Shown one piece after another: positions 10,282-20,091 of a stretch of 64,000 nt of DNA. Position 1 is the stretch's first letter. Every line of letters starts with the position of its first letter. Both the position numbers and the translations under genes were made by a program. The notes beneath the pieces were generated by a model that worked only from the letters and a program-made list of their open reading frames with translations, did not search any database and had not been told where the DNA came from. Location: contig JAAEQR010000072.1 in the NCBI GenBank assembly GCA_024231215.1, positions 193,210 to 257,209 on the forward strand. Direction: 5' to 3'. Source of the stretch: PVC group bacterium (GTDB lineage Bacteria; Omnitrophota; Gorgyraeia; B26-G9).

Positions 10282-11205
10282 ATGGAGAAAGTTATGAATT
10301 ATAATTTTAAAAGAATCTGTTTTACTTATTTTTGTCTATTATGTCTTTTACTTCAAGCTCAAAGTTTATGTGCTGCTTCTGTAAATCTTCCTTCAAGTGT
10401 AGGCGAGGATCGTCATGAAAAAAAATCAACAGAAGTTTTTACATTTAAAGAGACCTGGATGAATAATTGGCTGGAAGATGTAAGAGGGTCAATTGGTGCA
10501 GAGATAGATTATTTGTATGGACGGGATATGGATGTAGTTACAGTTATTGGTGCCAAAAATTCTAAAATAGAAGGTCAGTTCTATTCAGTCAAAATGGGTT
10601 TTTCATTGAATGAAAAGATAGATATTTACACTAATATCGGAGTAACAGAAGGAATAAAATATACCTTTTCGTATCCTTCGGGAAGAACACGAGCAATCAG
10701 TTTTGAAAATGCATTGACATATGGAGGTGGTGTTACCTTACGGCTTGTAAAATTCCCGAGTGGTTTGCAATGGTTTGTTGACGGTAATTTTCGAGCGATA
10801 GATTCTTTAGTGGCTGCTGATGTTTCGGATAATGGCTTAACTCGCATATTTTCTAATGCAGTTGAGGTGGAATCATTTTATGAGGAATGGCATGGAGCCG
10901 TAGGTATGAGTCGGGAATTTCAGATTGGAGTTTCTGAAAATTCACCGTATCTATTAATGTATGCCGGAGCAAAATATTCAAATGTTAGCATGCTGGCTAC
11001 TGGAAACGCAACTGCTCCAGGGGCGTATGGCACAGGACATCTTAAAGCGAAAGATAATGTTGGGTTTTTTACTGGTTTATCCTATATTTGTGGGATAGAG
11101 GAGGATACAAGATATACAGATGTTAAGATGTATAGTACGATTGATCTCCAGGCCCGGTTTTGCGATGAGACAGCATTTTCTTTAAATTTTAATTTTAAAT
11201 TTTAA
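10282..11205 (+). CDS. Outer-membrane beta-barrel protein, Chlamydia MOMP-like
   Basis: Signal peptide, alternating beta strands and a C-terminal Phe. 'YEEWHGAVGMS', 'YAGAKYS' and 'ARFCDETAFSLNFNFKF*' parallel MOMP 'YHEWQASLALS', 'YIGVKWS' and 'TRLIDERAAHVNAQFRF*'. Confidence 0.7.
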   Translation: MEKVMNYNFKRICFTYFCLLCLLLQAQSLCAASVNLPSSVGEDRHEKKSTEVFTFKETWMNNWLEDVRGSIGAEIDYLYGRDMDVVTVIGAKNSKIEGQFYSVKMGFSLNEKIDIYTNIGVTEGIKYTFSYPSGRTRAISFENALTYGGGVTLRLVKFPSGLQWFVDGNFRAIDSLVAADVSDNGLTRIFSNAVEVESFYEEWHGAVGMSREFQIGVSENSPYLLMYAGAKYSNVSMLATGNATAPGAYGTGHLKAKDNVGFFTGLSYICGIEEDTRYTDVKMYSTIDLQARFCDETAFSLNFNFKF

Positions 11206-11217
11206 CGGAGGTAAAAA

Positions 11218-11364
11218 ATGGCTCCCTATGGCAGAAGATATTATGATAAATACTGTCACATTTGTGTGACTCCCAAACAGAGTGTTCTTCTTTTTCACGG
11301 TACATGTCTTAAGTGTCTGGTCAAGAAATTTTTGTTTGGCAGATTGAAACCGATTAGACGGTAA
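11218..11364 (+). CDS. 48-aa basic small protein with two CxxC pairs (putative Zn-binding)
   Basis: Below the track cut-off. Strong SD (GGAGGT); MAPYGRRYYDKYCHICVTPKQSVLLFHGTCLKCLVKKFLFGRLKPIRR*. Confidence 0.6.
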   Translation: MAPYGRRYYDKYCHICVTPKQSVLLFHGTCLKCLVKKFLFGRLKPIRR

Positions 11365-11388
11365 AGAAAAAATTTTAAATATTTTAGA

Positions 11389-11432
11389 ATATAGTAGAAA
11401 ACCACCAGCTAGCTGGTGGTTTTCTACTATAT
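11389..11432. repeat. Perfect 44-bp palindrome (possible bidirectional terminator)
   Basis: atatagtagaaaaccaccagct|agctggtggttttctactatat is its own reverse complement. Confidence 0.9.
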
Positions 11433-11548
11433 AACTTATTGTAAAATAATAAGTTGTGAAACTGTTTGTATTTTTTGCATATATTTATTTGACATTTTAA
11501 TATAAATCATTACAATTGATACTAAGGGGACGTAAAAGGGCAAATAAT

Positions 11549-11896
11549 ATGGAGAAAGAGATGATGAAGAATAGGGAAAAAATAGATAGGGAGAATGGCT
11601 TGATTTCGAATTATTTAAAAGAAATGGAAGAGCTTATTAATCGATATCCGGAAGATCCTAATGAGTGTGATTTTTCCGAAGATAAACTTAATGAACTCAT
11701 GTCAGATATCGATAAAAGCTGGAAAGCTTTTAATCGTAAGTGGCAGCATAAAATAAGTTTGCCAAAAAAAGATAAGGGCTTGGGAGTTATCAAAAAAGAT
11801 GATAAAGGGATGCATCATTTAGTTATAAAAAGTGATGTTATAAAAGAGCCGATTCTTGATCTAGTTGTTCCTGAAGAAGATGCAATAGAGTCATAA
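11549..11896 (+). CDS. Hypothetical protein
   Basis: Open frame preceded by TTGACA (11489)/TACAAT (11511); ATG 11549 preferred. No recognisable motif. Confidence 0.6.
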   Translation: MEKEMMKNREKIDRENGLISNYLKEMEELINRYPEDPNECDFSEDKLNELMSDIDKSWKAFNRKWQHKISLPKKDKGLGVIKKDDKGMHHLVIKSDVIKEPILDLVVPEEDAIES

Positions 11897-12164
11897 TCTT
11901 ACCTTTAATCCACACGCTATTTTTTAAATTGCTTGATTTTTCGCTGTTTTATAGTAGAATTATCTCAATGGTATAAACTTAAATTAGTCTAATACTCCTT
12001 ATGAAACCAGATTGTTTTGTGTTCATAGCATGTTCTTCAAAGTTAAACCTACTCAGTATTTCACGCATTTTCTAAGTGGTTGTTTGCACATTTTGAAAAG
12101 AAGCGTGTTTTTTATTGTAGCAAAATATGTATAGCTTGAAATTTAAGAAAGGGGATATGGTTCA

Positions 12165-14267
12165 ATGAGTGATTTTTCATTAGTGTTATTTACGTTTATA
12201 GGTTCAATCTCTGCATTGCTCTTTGCTGGTTATCTTACGATGTTTATTATGAAGCAAAGTGAAGGTAATGAGAAAATGCGTGAGATAGCGCAAGCAGTAA
12301 AAGACGGTTCTGCAGCTTATTTAAAGCGTCAGTATATAGTGGTTGGAGCATTCTTTGGTGTTGTGTTTTTAATTTTATCTTACTTGGTATCTCAGAAGTA
12401 TTTGGTTTTTTTCGTACCTTATGCTTTTTTAAGCGGTGGTTTATTTTCTGGGTTGTCAGGTTTTATCGGGATGTCGATAGCTACTCGGGCAAGTGCACGT
12501 ACTGCTGAGGCAGCAAGGACAAGTTTGAATGCTGGATTGCGGGTTGCTTTTTCTAGCGGTGCGGTTATGGGGCTTGTAGTTGTTGGCTTAGGATTGCTTG
12601 ACTTAAGTATTTGGTATACAGTTTTAAACTGGTATTATTCTTCTAACCCATTGCCACATGGATTAGATAAGATTGGGGCAATAACTTCTACGATGCTTAC
12701 TTTTGGTATGGGAGCAAGTTGCATGGCTTTGTTTGCTAGGGTAGGTGGTGGAATCTATACTAAAGGTGCTGATGTCGGTGCTGATTTAGTTGGAAAAGTT
12801 GAGGCTGGAATTCCTGAAGATGATCCGCGTAATCCAGCGGTTATTGCTGATAATGTTGGTGATAATGTTGGTGATGTTGCGGGTATGGGAGCTGATCTTT
12901 ATGAATCATATGTAGGTTCTATTGTTGCGACCATGGCTTTGGCTGCAGCAGCGGGGCTTGGATTTCGCGGAATTACAGTGCCTTTGATCATGGCAACAGT
13001 TGGTGTGCTTGCTTCGATTGTTGGTACTTTCTTTGTTAAATGCGGAGAGAAAGCAAGTCAGGAAGTTTTGCTTAAGGCCTTACGCAGGGGCGTTATTGTA
13101 AGCGCTGTAATAGTTGCTGTAGTTTGTTATTTCTTAGTGAAGATGACACTTGGTGCTGAAAATATAGGCATTTATTGGTCTATTATTGCGGGATTGCTAG
13201 CTGGTATTTTTATTGGATTTTGCACAGAGTACTACACATCAGCTCAGTATAAGCCAACAATTAGCATTGCTGAGAGTGCAAAGACAGGTCCGGCTACTGT
13301 AATAATTCATGGTTTGTCAGTAGGGATGCTTTCTACTGCAGGTCCGGTACTTGCAGTTGGTGCAGCAATCATTGCTAGTTTTTATTTTTCAGGAGGAGCG
13401 AAAGATTTTAATTTAGGTCTTTATGGTATTGGTATTTCTGCGGTGGGTATGTTAAGTACCTTAGGTATTACCTTAGCTACTGATGCTTATGGTCCGGTTG
13501 CTGATAATGCTGGTGGTAATGCAGAGATGGCTCAATTGCCGCCGGAAGTGCGGGAACGTACTGATGCTTTAGATTCTCTAGGGAATACAACAGCAGCAAC
13601 AGGAAAAGGTTTTGCGATTGGATCTGCGGCATTAACAGCTTTGGCTTTGATCGTTGCTTATAAAGAAGAGCTTCATATTTTTGGTGTGGAGCTGGATTTA
13701 AGTTTACTTAATCCACGTGTTTTGGTTGGCCTTTTCTTAGGCGGAATGATGCCGTTTTTATTTTCTTCTATGACTATGCGCGCAGTAGGAAAAGTTGCGG
13801 GTGATATTGTTGAAGAGGTTCGTAGACAGTTTAAAGAAATTAAGGGGTTGATGGAAGGAAAGGCTAAGGCTGATTATGCAGAGTGTGTAAAAATTGCTAC
13901 AGCTGGAGCACAAAAAGAGATGATTGTGCCGTCACTTTTAGCTATTATTACTCCAGTTGTTGTAGGTTTAGTGCTCGGGGTAGAGGCAGTTGTCGGATTA
14001 CTGACCGGAGCTACAGTGTGTGGTTTCGTTTTAGCGGTAATGATGGCTAATGCCGGCGGAGCATGGGACAATGCAAAGAAATATATAGAAGAAGGTAATG
14101 TCGGAGGAAAAGGTTCTTTTGCTCATAAAGCTGGAGTTGTGGGAGATACCGTGGGTGATCCGTTTAAAGATACCTCAGGACCATCAATAAATATATTGAT
14201 CAAATTGATGTCGATGGTTTCAATTGTGTTTGCTTCATTTGTTGTTGCGAATAGTTTTTTTAAATAA
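12165..14267 (+). CDS. hppA: Membrane-bound K+-dependent (probably Na+-translocating) pyrophosphatase
   Basis: '[31 protein letters not shown]', 'DNVGDNVGD', 'GNTTAA' (Ala signature of K+-dependent enzymes), '[14 protein letters not shown]'. Confidence 0.96.
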   Translation: MSDFSLVLFTFIGSISALLFAGYLTMFIMKQSEGNEKMREIAQAVKDGSAAYLKRQYIVVGAFFGVVFLILSYLVSQKYLVFFVPYAFLSGGLFSGLSGFIGMSIATRASARTAEAARTSLNAGLRVAFSSGAVMGLVVVGLGLLDLSIWYTVLNWYYSSNPLPHGLDKIGAITSTMLTFGMGASCMALFARVGGGIYTKGADVGADLVGKVEAGIPEDDPRNPAVIADNVGDNVGDVAGMGADLYESYVGSIVATMALAAAAGLGFRGITVPLIMATVGVLASIVGTFFVKCGEKASQEVLLKALRRGVIVSAVIVAVVCYFLVKMTLGAENIGIYWSIIAGLLAGIFIGFCTEYYTSAQYKPTISIAESAKTGPATVIIHGLSVGMLSTAGPVLAVGAAIIASFYFSGGAKDFNLGLYGIGISAVGMLSTLGITLATDAYGPVADNAGGNAEMAQLPPEVRERTDALDSLGNTTAATGKGFAIGSAALTALALIVAYKEELHIFGVELDLSLLNPRVLVGLFLGGMMPFLFSSMTMRAVGKVAGDIVEEVRRQFKEIKGLMEGKAKADYAECVKIATAGAQKEMIVPSLLAIITPVVVGLVLGVEAVVGLLTGATVCGFVLAVMMANAGGAWDNAKKYIEEGNVGGKGSFAHKAGVVGDTVGDPFKDTSGPSINILIKLMSMVSIVFASFVVANSFFK

Positions 14268-14285
14268 AAGAACATATTAAATTAT

Positions 14286-14336
14286 AAAGGGAGGGCCTTC
14301 TCGCTATGGCGGGATAAATGTGCTCTCCCTTTTTTT
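14286..14336 (+). terminator. Intrinsic terminator after hppA, with a REP-like insert in the loop
   Basis: aaagggagggc...gctctcccttt plus T-tract; inner tctcgc-tatg-gcggga. Confidence 0.7.
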
Positions 14337-14353
14337 ATGTTATAATAAAACTT

Positions 14354-15355
14354 ATGGAAAAGATCATTCAAAAAATCACCGGATATATTCAGAATAATAG
14401 ATTGCTGGAAGCAGGCGATAGAATTTTAGTTGCTGTTTCCGGTGGTTCGGATTCGGTTTTTCTGCTTTATATTCTTAAACAATTACAAGGGTTGTTTAAA
14501 ATTGATATAGCTGTAGCTCATGTAAATCATCTTTTGCGGGGCAAAGATTCCGATGGTGATGAAGTTTTTGTACGGAAGCTATCTGACGAATTAGGGTTTA
14601 AATTTTTTTCGCATACTGTGGATGTAAAAGATATTGCGAAGAAAAAGAAACTTTCTTTAGAAGATGCAGCACGCAAAATCCGCTACGAGTTTTTTTTAAA
14701 AATTACTAAGAAGCATAAATTTAATGCTTTAGCAGTGGCACATAATCAGGATGATCAGGCAGAAACGGTATTGATGCGGTTATTAAGGGGGGCGGGGATT
14801 ACCGGATTATCGGCTATGAAAGTAAAAAGGAAACTAGGTGATGTTGTTTTAATTCGTCCTTTACTTGAAATCCAGAAAAAGGATATTATTTCTTATTTAA
14901 AAAAGAAAAAAATAAAAAATCGATTAGATGTTTCAAATTTGAAAGCTGATTTTTTTAGAAATAAAGTGCGGTTAAGAACTTTACCGTATTTAGAAAAAAC
15001 AAGTCCTGGAATTAAAAGTAATTTATTGCGTTTGAGTCAGCAGGCACAGCATCTGGACGATTTTATGAAAAAACAGGTAGCTGAATATTACAAAAAAAAT
15101 GTTTACAAAACCCGTTCAGGTAAGCTGAAAGTTGAGCAAAAAACATTTGCAAGTCTTATGCCGGCATTACGAACAGCTTTGATTCGCAAGATAATTCAAG
15201 AAGTTAAGGGAAGTATTAAGCAGATTGATTATCGGCATATTATGATTATAGATCAATTTATTTTAGAGCAAAAATCTTCCAATAAAAGTCTCGATTTACC
15301 GCAAGGTTTACAGGTAAGAACCAAGTATAAAGAAATATTTTTTAATAAAAAATAG
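14354..15355 (+). CDS. tilS: tRNA(Ile)-lysidine synthetase (short form lacking the distal C-terminal domain)
   Basis: PP-loop 'AVSGGSDS', 'HVNHLLRG', 'AHNQDDQAET', 'RPLL', 'RNKVR'. Start moved to ATG 14354. Confidence 0.93.
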   Translation: MEKIIQKITGYIQNNRLLEAGDRILVAVSGGSDSVFLLYILKQLQGLFKIDIAVAHVNHLLRGKDSDGDEVFVRKLSDELGFKFFSHTVDVKDIAKKKKLSLEDAARKIRYEFFLKITKKHKFNALAVAHNQDDQAETVLMRLLRGAGITGLSAMKVKRKLGDVVLIRPLLEIQKKDIISYLKKKKIKNRLDVSNLKADFFRNKVRLRTLPYLEKTSPGIKSNLLRLSQQAQHLDDFMKKQVAEYYKKNVYKTRSGKLKVEQKTFASLMPALRTALIRKIIQEVKGSIKQIDYRHIMIIDQFILEQKSSNKSLDLPQGLQVRTKYKEIFFNKK

Positions 15356-15393
15356 AAATTTTTAGTCTGGGGTCTTATGTCGTGAGGCTATAT

Positions 15394-16302
15394 TTAATCT
15401 GCTCGAACTCCATAGTGGTTAATGCTTGGCGGGGCATCGCGTTGTTCATCAGATGGCTTGACCTGCTTAAAATGTGGTTTTGTTTTTCGACAGTAACTAA
15501 TTAGGCAGAGAACAAAATGTTTATTTATCTTTCCACGTTTACTTTCTTCTAAAAGTAAATCTAAAGCTGCACGCACCGTAAACGGTTCATTCCTATAGGG
15601 ACGAAAACTTATAAGCGCGTCAAAAATATCACAGGGAATGATTGTTTGTGCGTATTGATTCAACTCCCGGATTCCCATGGGGTATCCTGTGCCGTCTAAA
15701 CGTTCATGATGTGCAAAAGTAGTCTGAGCTATAAATGCATTGGCATCTTTAAGGTATGCAGAGAGCAGGAGATATTCTATTATAGGATGTGTTTGAATTA
15801 TTTTAAATTCTGCCCGGGTCAGAGGAGTGTTTTTTTCTAATATTTCTAAGGGGATACGTGATTTTCCCATATCGTGTGCTAATGCAACGCTGGCTGTTTT
15901 TACAGGGTCATAGCCTTCATTTTGCAGGTCTAGGCTGATTTTTGTCGCAAGCGAAGCTACAACCAGAATGTGTTTATACGTATGAGGTTGCGTCTGTTTT
16001 ATTGCTTGTAATTCTTTAATTATTGAAGTGTTTAACTGGACGCTTTTCATGATAGAGAGTATCGTTTTCAGATTGTTCTTATCTGAAAATATAGTTTTAT
16101 AACTATCTGAGTTTATGGCAGTTTTAAAGTCGGGAATGATCGAAGTTTTGGAAAGACTGATTTTTTTATTGGAACACTTTGAATTGCGTATAACTTGTTC
16201 AATAAGGGCTTGGGTTATATATTCTTGAGATTTTACTAACAGATTGCCATATATGTCGCAGAGGTCGTTAACAGGATTTTTAAAGTTGATGGATTTCTTC
16301 AT
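15394..16302 (-). CDS. HD-GYP domain protein (putative cyclic dinucleotide phosphodiesterase)
   Basis: 'TYKH', 'LAHDMGK', 'IQTHP', 'HHERLDGTGYP', 'DIFDAL...RPYR'. Confidence 0.9.
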   Translation of the reverse strand: MKKSINFKNPVNDLCDIYGNLLVKSQEYITQALIEQVIRNSKCSNKKISLSKTSIIPDFKTAINSDSYKTIFSDKNNLKTILSIMKSVQLNTSIIKELQAIKQTQPHTYKHILVVASLATKISLDLQNEGYDPVKTASVALAHDMGKSRIPLEILEKNTPLTRAEFKIIQTHPIIEYLLLSAYLKDANAFIAQTTFAHHERLDGTGYPMGIRELNQYAQTIIPCDIFDALISFRPYRNEPFTVRAALDLLLEESKRGKINKHFVLCLISYCRKTKPHFKQVKPSDEQRDAPPSINHYGVRAD

Positions 16303-16519
16303 AGCCTTTTTAAAAGAGTTTATTTCTTAATTTAAAAAAAATGCCGCATTTTCAGGGCTTCTATTACAATCTTATCATAGCTGATTTAAGATTGCAACTG
16401 TTCAAAAAAAATAATATGTGTAACTACCTGAAAATATTAGACATACAATAGTGAGAGATGGAACAAATCAAAAAGCATATCCAAAAGCTTTGGTATGGTA
16501 GTTGCTACCCCCATTTTTC

Positions 16520-16549
16520 TTGACAACAGCATGGTTTTGGTTATATAAT
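16520..16549 (+). promoter_or_regulatory. sigma70-type promoter of the lysS operon
   Basis: TTGACA at 16520-16525 and TATAAT at 16544-16549. Confidence 0.6.
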
Positions 16550-16565
16550 CAACTGGTTGATAGGC

Positions 16566-16732
16566 AATCCCAAAATTTGCATTAATCCACAGCGAATAGC
16601 ACTAATCTTTTTGGCCTAAACAAGTTCCAAAAAGCCTCGACGTACCCGATGGGTATGCCTGTGTTTTTTGTAACTGTTTAATCTCAAAAATATTAGCACT
16701 CTTCAGCTGTTTTTAATGTAAAATCTGGGATT
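16566..16732. repeat. ~167-bp imperfect palindromic element in the lysS 5' leader
   Basis: ~80-nt arms (aatcccaaaatttgcattaa...cgacgtaccc / gggtatgcc...ttaatgtaaaatctgggatt) around a 3-nt 'gat' loop. Confidence 0.85.
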
Positions 16733-16765
16733 ATAAAACACAAGTTATTACAGGGAGTTATTGCA

Positions 16766-18199
16766 ATGATAGATGATCTGATTCAGCAGAGATTAAATAA
16801 GCTGGAAGAGTTGAAAAAGCAGGGAATTAATGCCTATGGGCACCGGTATGCCAGAACTCACTATGCGCAGGAGATTAGAGATAATTTTAAGGAAAATGAG
16901 CATGTTTGCTGTGCGGGAAGAGTAACTGCTTTAAGAGCGCACGGCAAGAGTATGTTTGGGGATATTAAGGATAATAGTGGTAAAGTCCAGTTTTATATAA
17001 AGAAAGATATCATTGGAGAGGAAAATTTTGCTTTTTTAAAAAAACTGGATATCGGAGATATTATTGGTGTGGAGGGGGATCTTTTCCTGACGCATACCCA
17101 GGAACCGACGATATTGGTTAAACAGGCGGAATTGCTTTCAAAATCAATAAGGCCGTTGCCTGAGAAATGGCATGGGTTAAAAGATGTTGAGGTTCGTTAT
17201 CGGAAGCGTTATTTGGATTTGATTTCAAATGATAAGGTTCGGGATGTGTTCATTTTAAGAAGCAAGGTGATCAAAAACATTAGAAGTTTTTTAGATAACC
17301 GAGGTTATTTAGAGGTGGAAACCCCGATGATGCATCCGATTGCCGGAGGGGCAGCAGGCAAGCCTTTCCAGACACATCTTGATGCATTAGGTATGGATTT
17401 GTTCTTAAGAATTGCTCCTGAATTGTATCTTAAAAAATTACTTGTAGGTGATTTGGAACGAGTCTATGAAATAAATCGTTCTTTTCGCAATGAAGGTCTT
17501 TCCGTTAGACATAATCCAGAGTTTACAATGCTTGAGGTTTATACTGCATATGCTGATTATAAAGATGTAATGGAGCTGACTAAAGGGATTATTCAATCTG
17601 TTGCTGATGAAGTTTTGGGGACAAGAGAAGTTGCTTTTAAAGGACAGACAATAAATTTCGATAAATGGGAAGAAATATCTTTTGCAGACTTAATGAAAAA
17701 GAGGTTCGGGATTAATCCCGATGATTCGTCTGATGTTTGGCTTGAGAAACTCGAAAAAAATGACGTAAAAGTAGAATTGAAAAAGGGCAAGATCAGTCGT
17801 ACATTCATTTTAAATCTTATTAGCGATATGATTGAAGTGGATGAACCCCATCCGGTATTTATTACAGATATTTATACAGAGCTTTGTCCTTTAGCAAAAA
17901 AGAAGAAAGACAATCCGCTTCTAAGTGAGCGGTTTGAATTATTTATCGGGGGAATGGAGATAGCGAATGCCTATTCTGAGTTAAATGATCCGTTGGAACA
18001 AAAGCAGAGATTCTTAGAACAGATAGAGGATGCTTCGGATGCAGTGATGGACGAGAGCTTTGTCGAAGCTCTGGAATATGGAATGCCTCCGGCTGGCGGA
18101 TTGGGAATTGGAATCGATCGTTTGGTTATGCTTTTTGCTGATCAGCCGTCGATCAAAGACGTAATACTATTCCCGCAATTAAAACCAGAAATAGAATAA
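16766..18199 (+). CDS. lysS: Lysine--tRNA ligase (class II)
   Basis: 'PLPEKWHG', 'YRKRYLDL', 'LRIAPELYLK', 'FRNEG...HNPEFT', 'GMPPAGGLGIGIDRL'. Confidence 0.98.
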   Translation: MIDDLIQQRLNKLEELKKQGINAYGHRYARTHYAQEIRDNFKENEHVCCAGRVTALRAHGKSMFGDIKDNSGKVQFYIKKDIIGEENFAFLKKLDIGDIIGVEGDLFLTHTQEPTILVKQAELLSKSIRPLPEKWHGLKDVEVRYRKRYLDLISNDKVRDVFILRSKVIKNIRSFLDNRGYLEVETPMMHPIAGGAAGKPFQTHLDALGMDLFLRIAPELYLKKLLVGDLERVYEINRSFRNEGLSVRHNPEFTMLEVYTAYADYKDVMELTKGIIQSVADEVLGTREVAFKGQTINFDKWEEISFADLMKKRFGINPDDSSDVWLEKLEKNDVKVELKKGKISRTFILNLISDMIEVDEPHPVFITDIYTELCPLAKKKKDNPLLSERFELFIGGMEIANAYSELNDPLEQKQRFLEQIEDASDAVMDESFVEALEYGMPPAGGLGIGIDRLVMLFADQPSIKDVILFPQLKPEIE

Positions 18200-18211
18200 A
18201 CCAAATTTATC

Positions 18212-19393
18212 ATGAAATATGAATTCTGGATCGGCATAAGGTATCTATTCGGCCGCAGTAAAGAAAAATTTATTTCTATAATCACCTTGATATCTGTTGT
18301 TGGTGTGGCTACTGGAGTTGCTGCGCTGATTATTGTTATTGGTGTGATGAGCGGTTTCGATAATGAATTACGGGATCGGATTATTGGGACCAGCAGCCAT
18401 CTTGTAATTAATAAAATCGGCGGGATTGATGATGCTGATCATGTTAAAGAGAGTGTTAGCAAAATAAAACATGTTACTGCGGTTGCACCGTTTGTTAATA
18501 CTCAGGCTCTTTTAATAGATGATGCTAGACAATTTCCGGTGGTCATTCGCGGTGTTGACCAGGAGTTAGAGTCACAGGTAACTGGAATAAAAAAATTTGT
18601 TACCATTGGGAAATTAGATTTAGCTCAAAATAATATCATCATCGGCCGGGAGCTGGCAAATCGTTTGCTGCTTAAAGTTGGGGATGAAGTAGTATTGATT
18701 GGATTGGGGAGTGTTGCAGAAGAAAGTTTTAAAATATCCGGAATTTTTACTAGCGGTATGTATGATTATGATTCCGGAGTTGTGTTTATTTCTTTGTTTA
18801 AAGCAAAAGAATTATCGGAAACACCTAATCTGGTAAGCGGCATTAGCGTTAAGCTTGATGATGTGTATAGAGCAAAAAAAGTAAAGAAGGCAATTCAGGA
18901 TGAACTTGGATTTCCATACTTTACTCGTACCTGGATGGATTTAAATCGCAATCTTTTTAATGCGCTTAAATTAGAAAAGACAGCCATGTTTGTTATTTTG
19001 ACTTTGATTGTTCTCGTGGCGTCTTTAAACATTGCCAGTACTTTGATAATGATGGTCATGGAAAAGACAAAAGATGTTGGGATCTTAAAAGCTATCGGTG
19101 CTTCCGGGAATAGTATTCGTACGATATTCACTGCAGTAGGGATAACCATAGGAATGATCGGGACGATATTAGGCACGGCTGGTGGTTTGGGCATGGCCTA
19201 TATTTTGAAAACGTATAAATTCATAAAATTACCTAAAGATGTTTATTATATAGATACATTACCGGTAAGGATTGAATATTTAGATATTTTTTGGATTATT
19301 GCCGCAGCTTTGTGTATTAGCTTGATTGCTACGTTTTATCCGGCATATCAGGCGGCTCGGCTTAATCCCGTGGAGGCACTTAGATACGAATGA
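18212..19393 (+). CDS. Lipoprotein-releasing ABC transporter permease (LolC/E family)
   Basis: 'GVAALIIVIGVMSGF', 'EKTKDVGILKAIG', 'YPAYQAARLNPVEALRYE'. Confidence 0.92.
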   Translation: MKYEFWIGIRYLFGRSKEKFISIITLISVVGVATGVAALIIVIGVMSGFDNELRDRIIGTSSHLVINKIGGIDDADHVKESVSKIKHVTAVAPFVNTQALLIDDARQFPVVIRGVDQELESQVTGIKKFVTIGKLDLAQNNIIIGRELANRLLLKVGDEVVLIGLGSVAEESFKISGIFTSGMYDYDSGVVFISLFKAKELSETPNLVSGISVKLDDVYRAKKVKKAIQDELGFPYFTRTWMDLNRNLFNALKLEKTAMFVILTLIVLVASLNIASTLIMMVMEKTKDVGILKAIGASGNSIRTIFTAVGITIGMIGTILGTAGGLGMAYILKTYKFIKLPKDVYYIDTLPVRIEYLDIFWIIAAALCISLIATFYPAYQAARLNPVEALRYE

Positions 19394-20058
19394 TCTTGCA
19401 AGCTGTTAATCTCCACAAATACTATAACACCCGAAAAACAAAAGTTAATGTGCTTAAAGGGTTAAACATTGATATTGTTGAAGCGGAATTTGTTACAGTG
19501 TTGGGGGCTTCGGGGGCTGGTAAGTCTACATTGCTGCATCTTTTAGGCGGCTTGGATATGCCCTCGGAAGGACAAGTCTTGCTTGATGGCTCAGATTTTT
19601 ATAAAATAAAAGATAGAGAAAGAGCTTACTTAAGAAGTCGCAATATTGGATTTGTTTTTCAATTTTATCATTTGTTACCAGAATTCACAGCCTTGGAAAA
19701 TGTGATGATGCCTGGACTTGTTGGTGGTTCTATTACGGCTGCAGAAGCTAAGCAAAAGGCATCGCAATTACTGGAAGAGGTTGGTTTAGAACATAGAACA
19801 TCTCATCATCCGGCTGAACTTTCCGGAGGGGAACAGCAGCGTGTGGCAATTGCTCGTGCATTAATGAATGATCCTCGGATTCTTCTTTGTGATGAACCGA
19901 CGGGTAATCTTGATTCAAAAACCGGGTCGAAAATTTGCGAATTATTGATGCGGTTAAACAGGGAAAAAGAATACACAATAATAATTGCTACACATTCTGA
20001 AGATATCGCAAAATTGTCATCAAGAGTAGTTCATGTTAGAGATGGAAAAATAGAATAA
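19390..20058 (+). CDS. lolD: Lipoprotein-releasing ABC transporter ATPase
   Basis: 'GASGAGKST', 'GFVFQFYHLL', 'LSGGEQQR', 'DEPTGNLD'; coupled to the lolC/E gene. Confidence 0.9.
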   Translation: MILQAVNLHKYYNTRKTKVNVLKGLNIDIVEAEFVTVLGASGAGKSTLLHLLGGLDMPSEGQVLLDGSDFYKIKDRERAYLRSRNIGFVFQFYHLLPEFTALENVMMPGLVGGSITAAEAKQKASQLLEEVGLEHRTSHHPAELSGGEQQRVAIARALMNDPRILLCDEPTGNLDSKTGSKICELLMRLNREKEYTIIIATHSEDIAKLSSRVVHVRDGKIE

Positions 20059-20091
20059 TAGTTTTTGTTTTGCTAGTGTAGGAGGATTTAT

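Noticed and set aside
8847-11896. Prophage or integrative element at the tRNA-Met genes
   Set aside because: No integrase, transposase or phage gene; only a ~190-bp att-like remnant.
16550-16765. Lysine riboswitch or T-box upstream of lysS
   Set aside because: No L-box or T-box consensus is visible; the leader is a single long palindrome.
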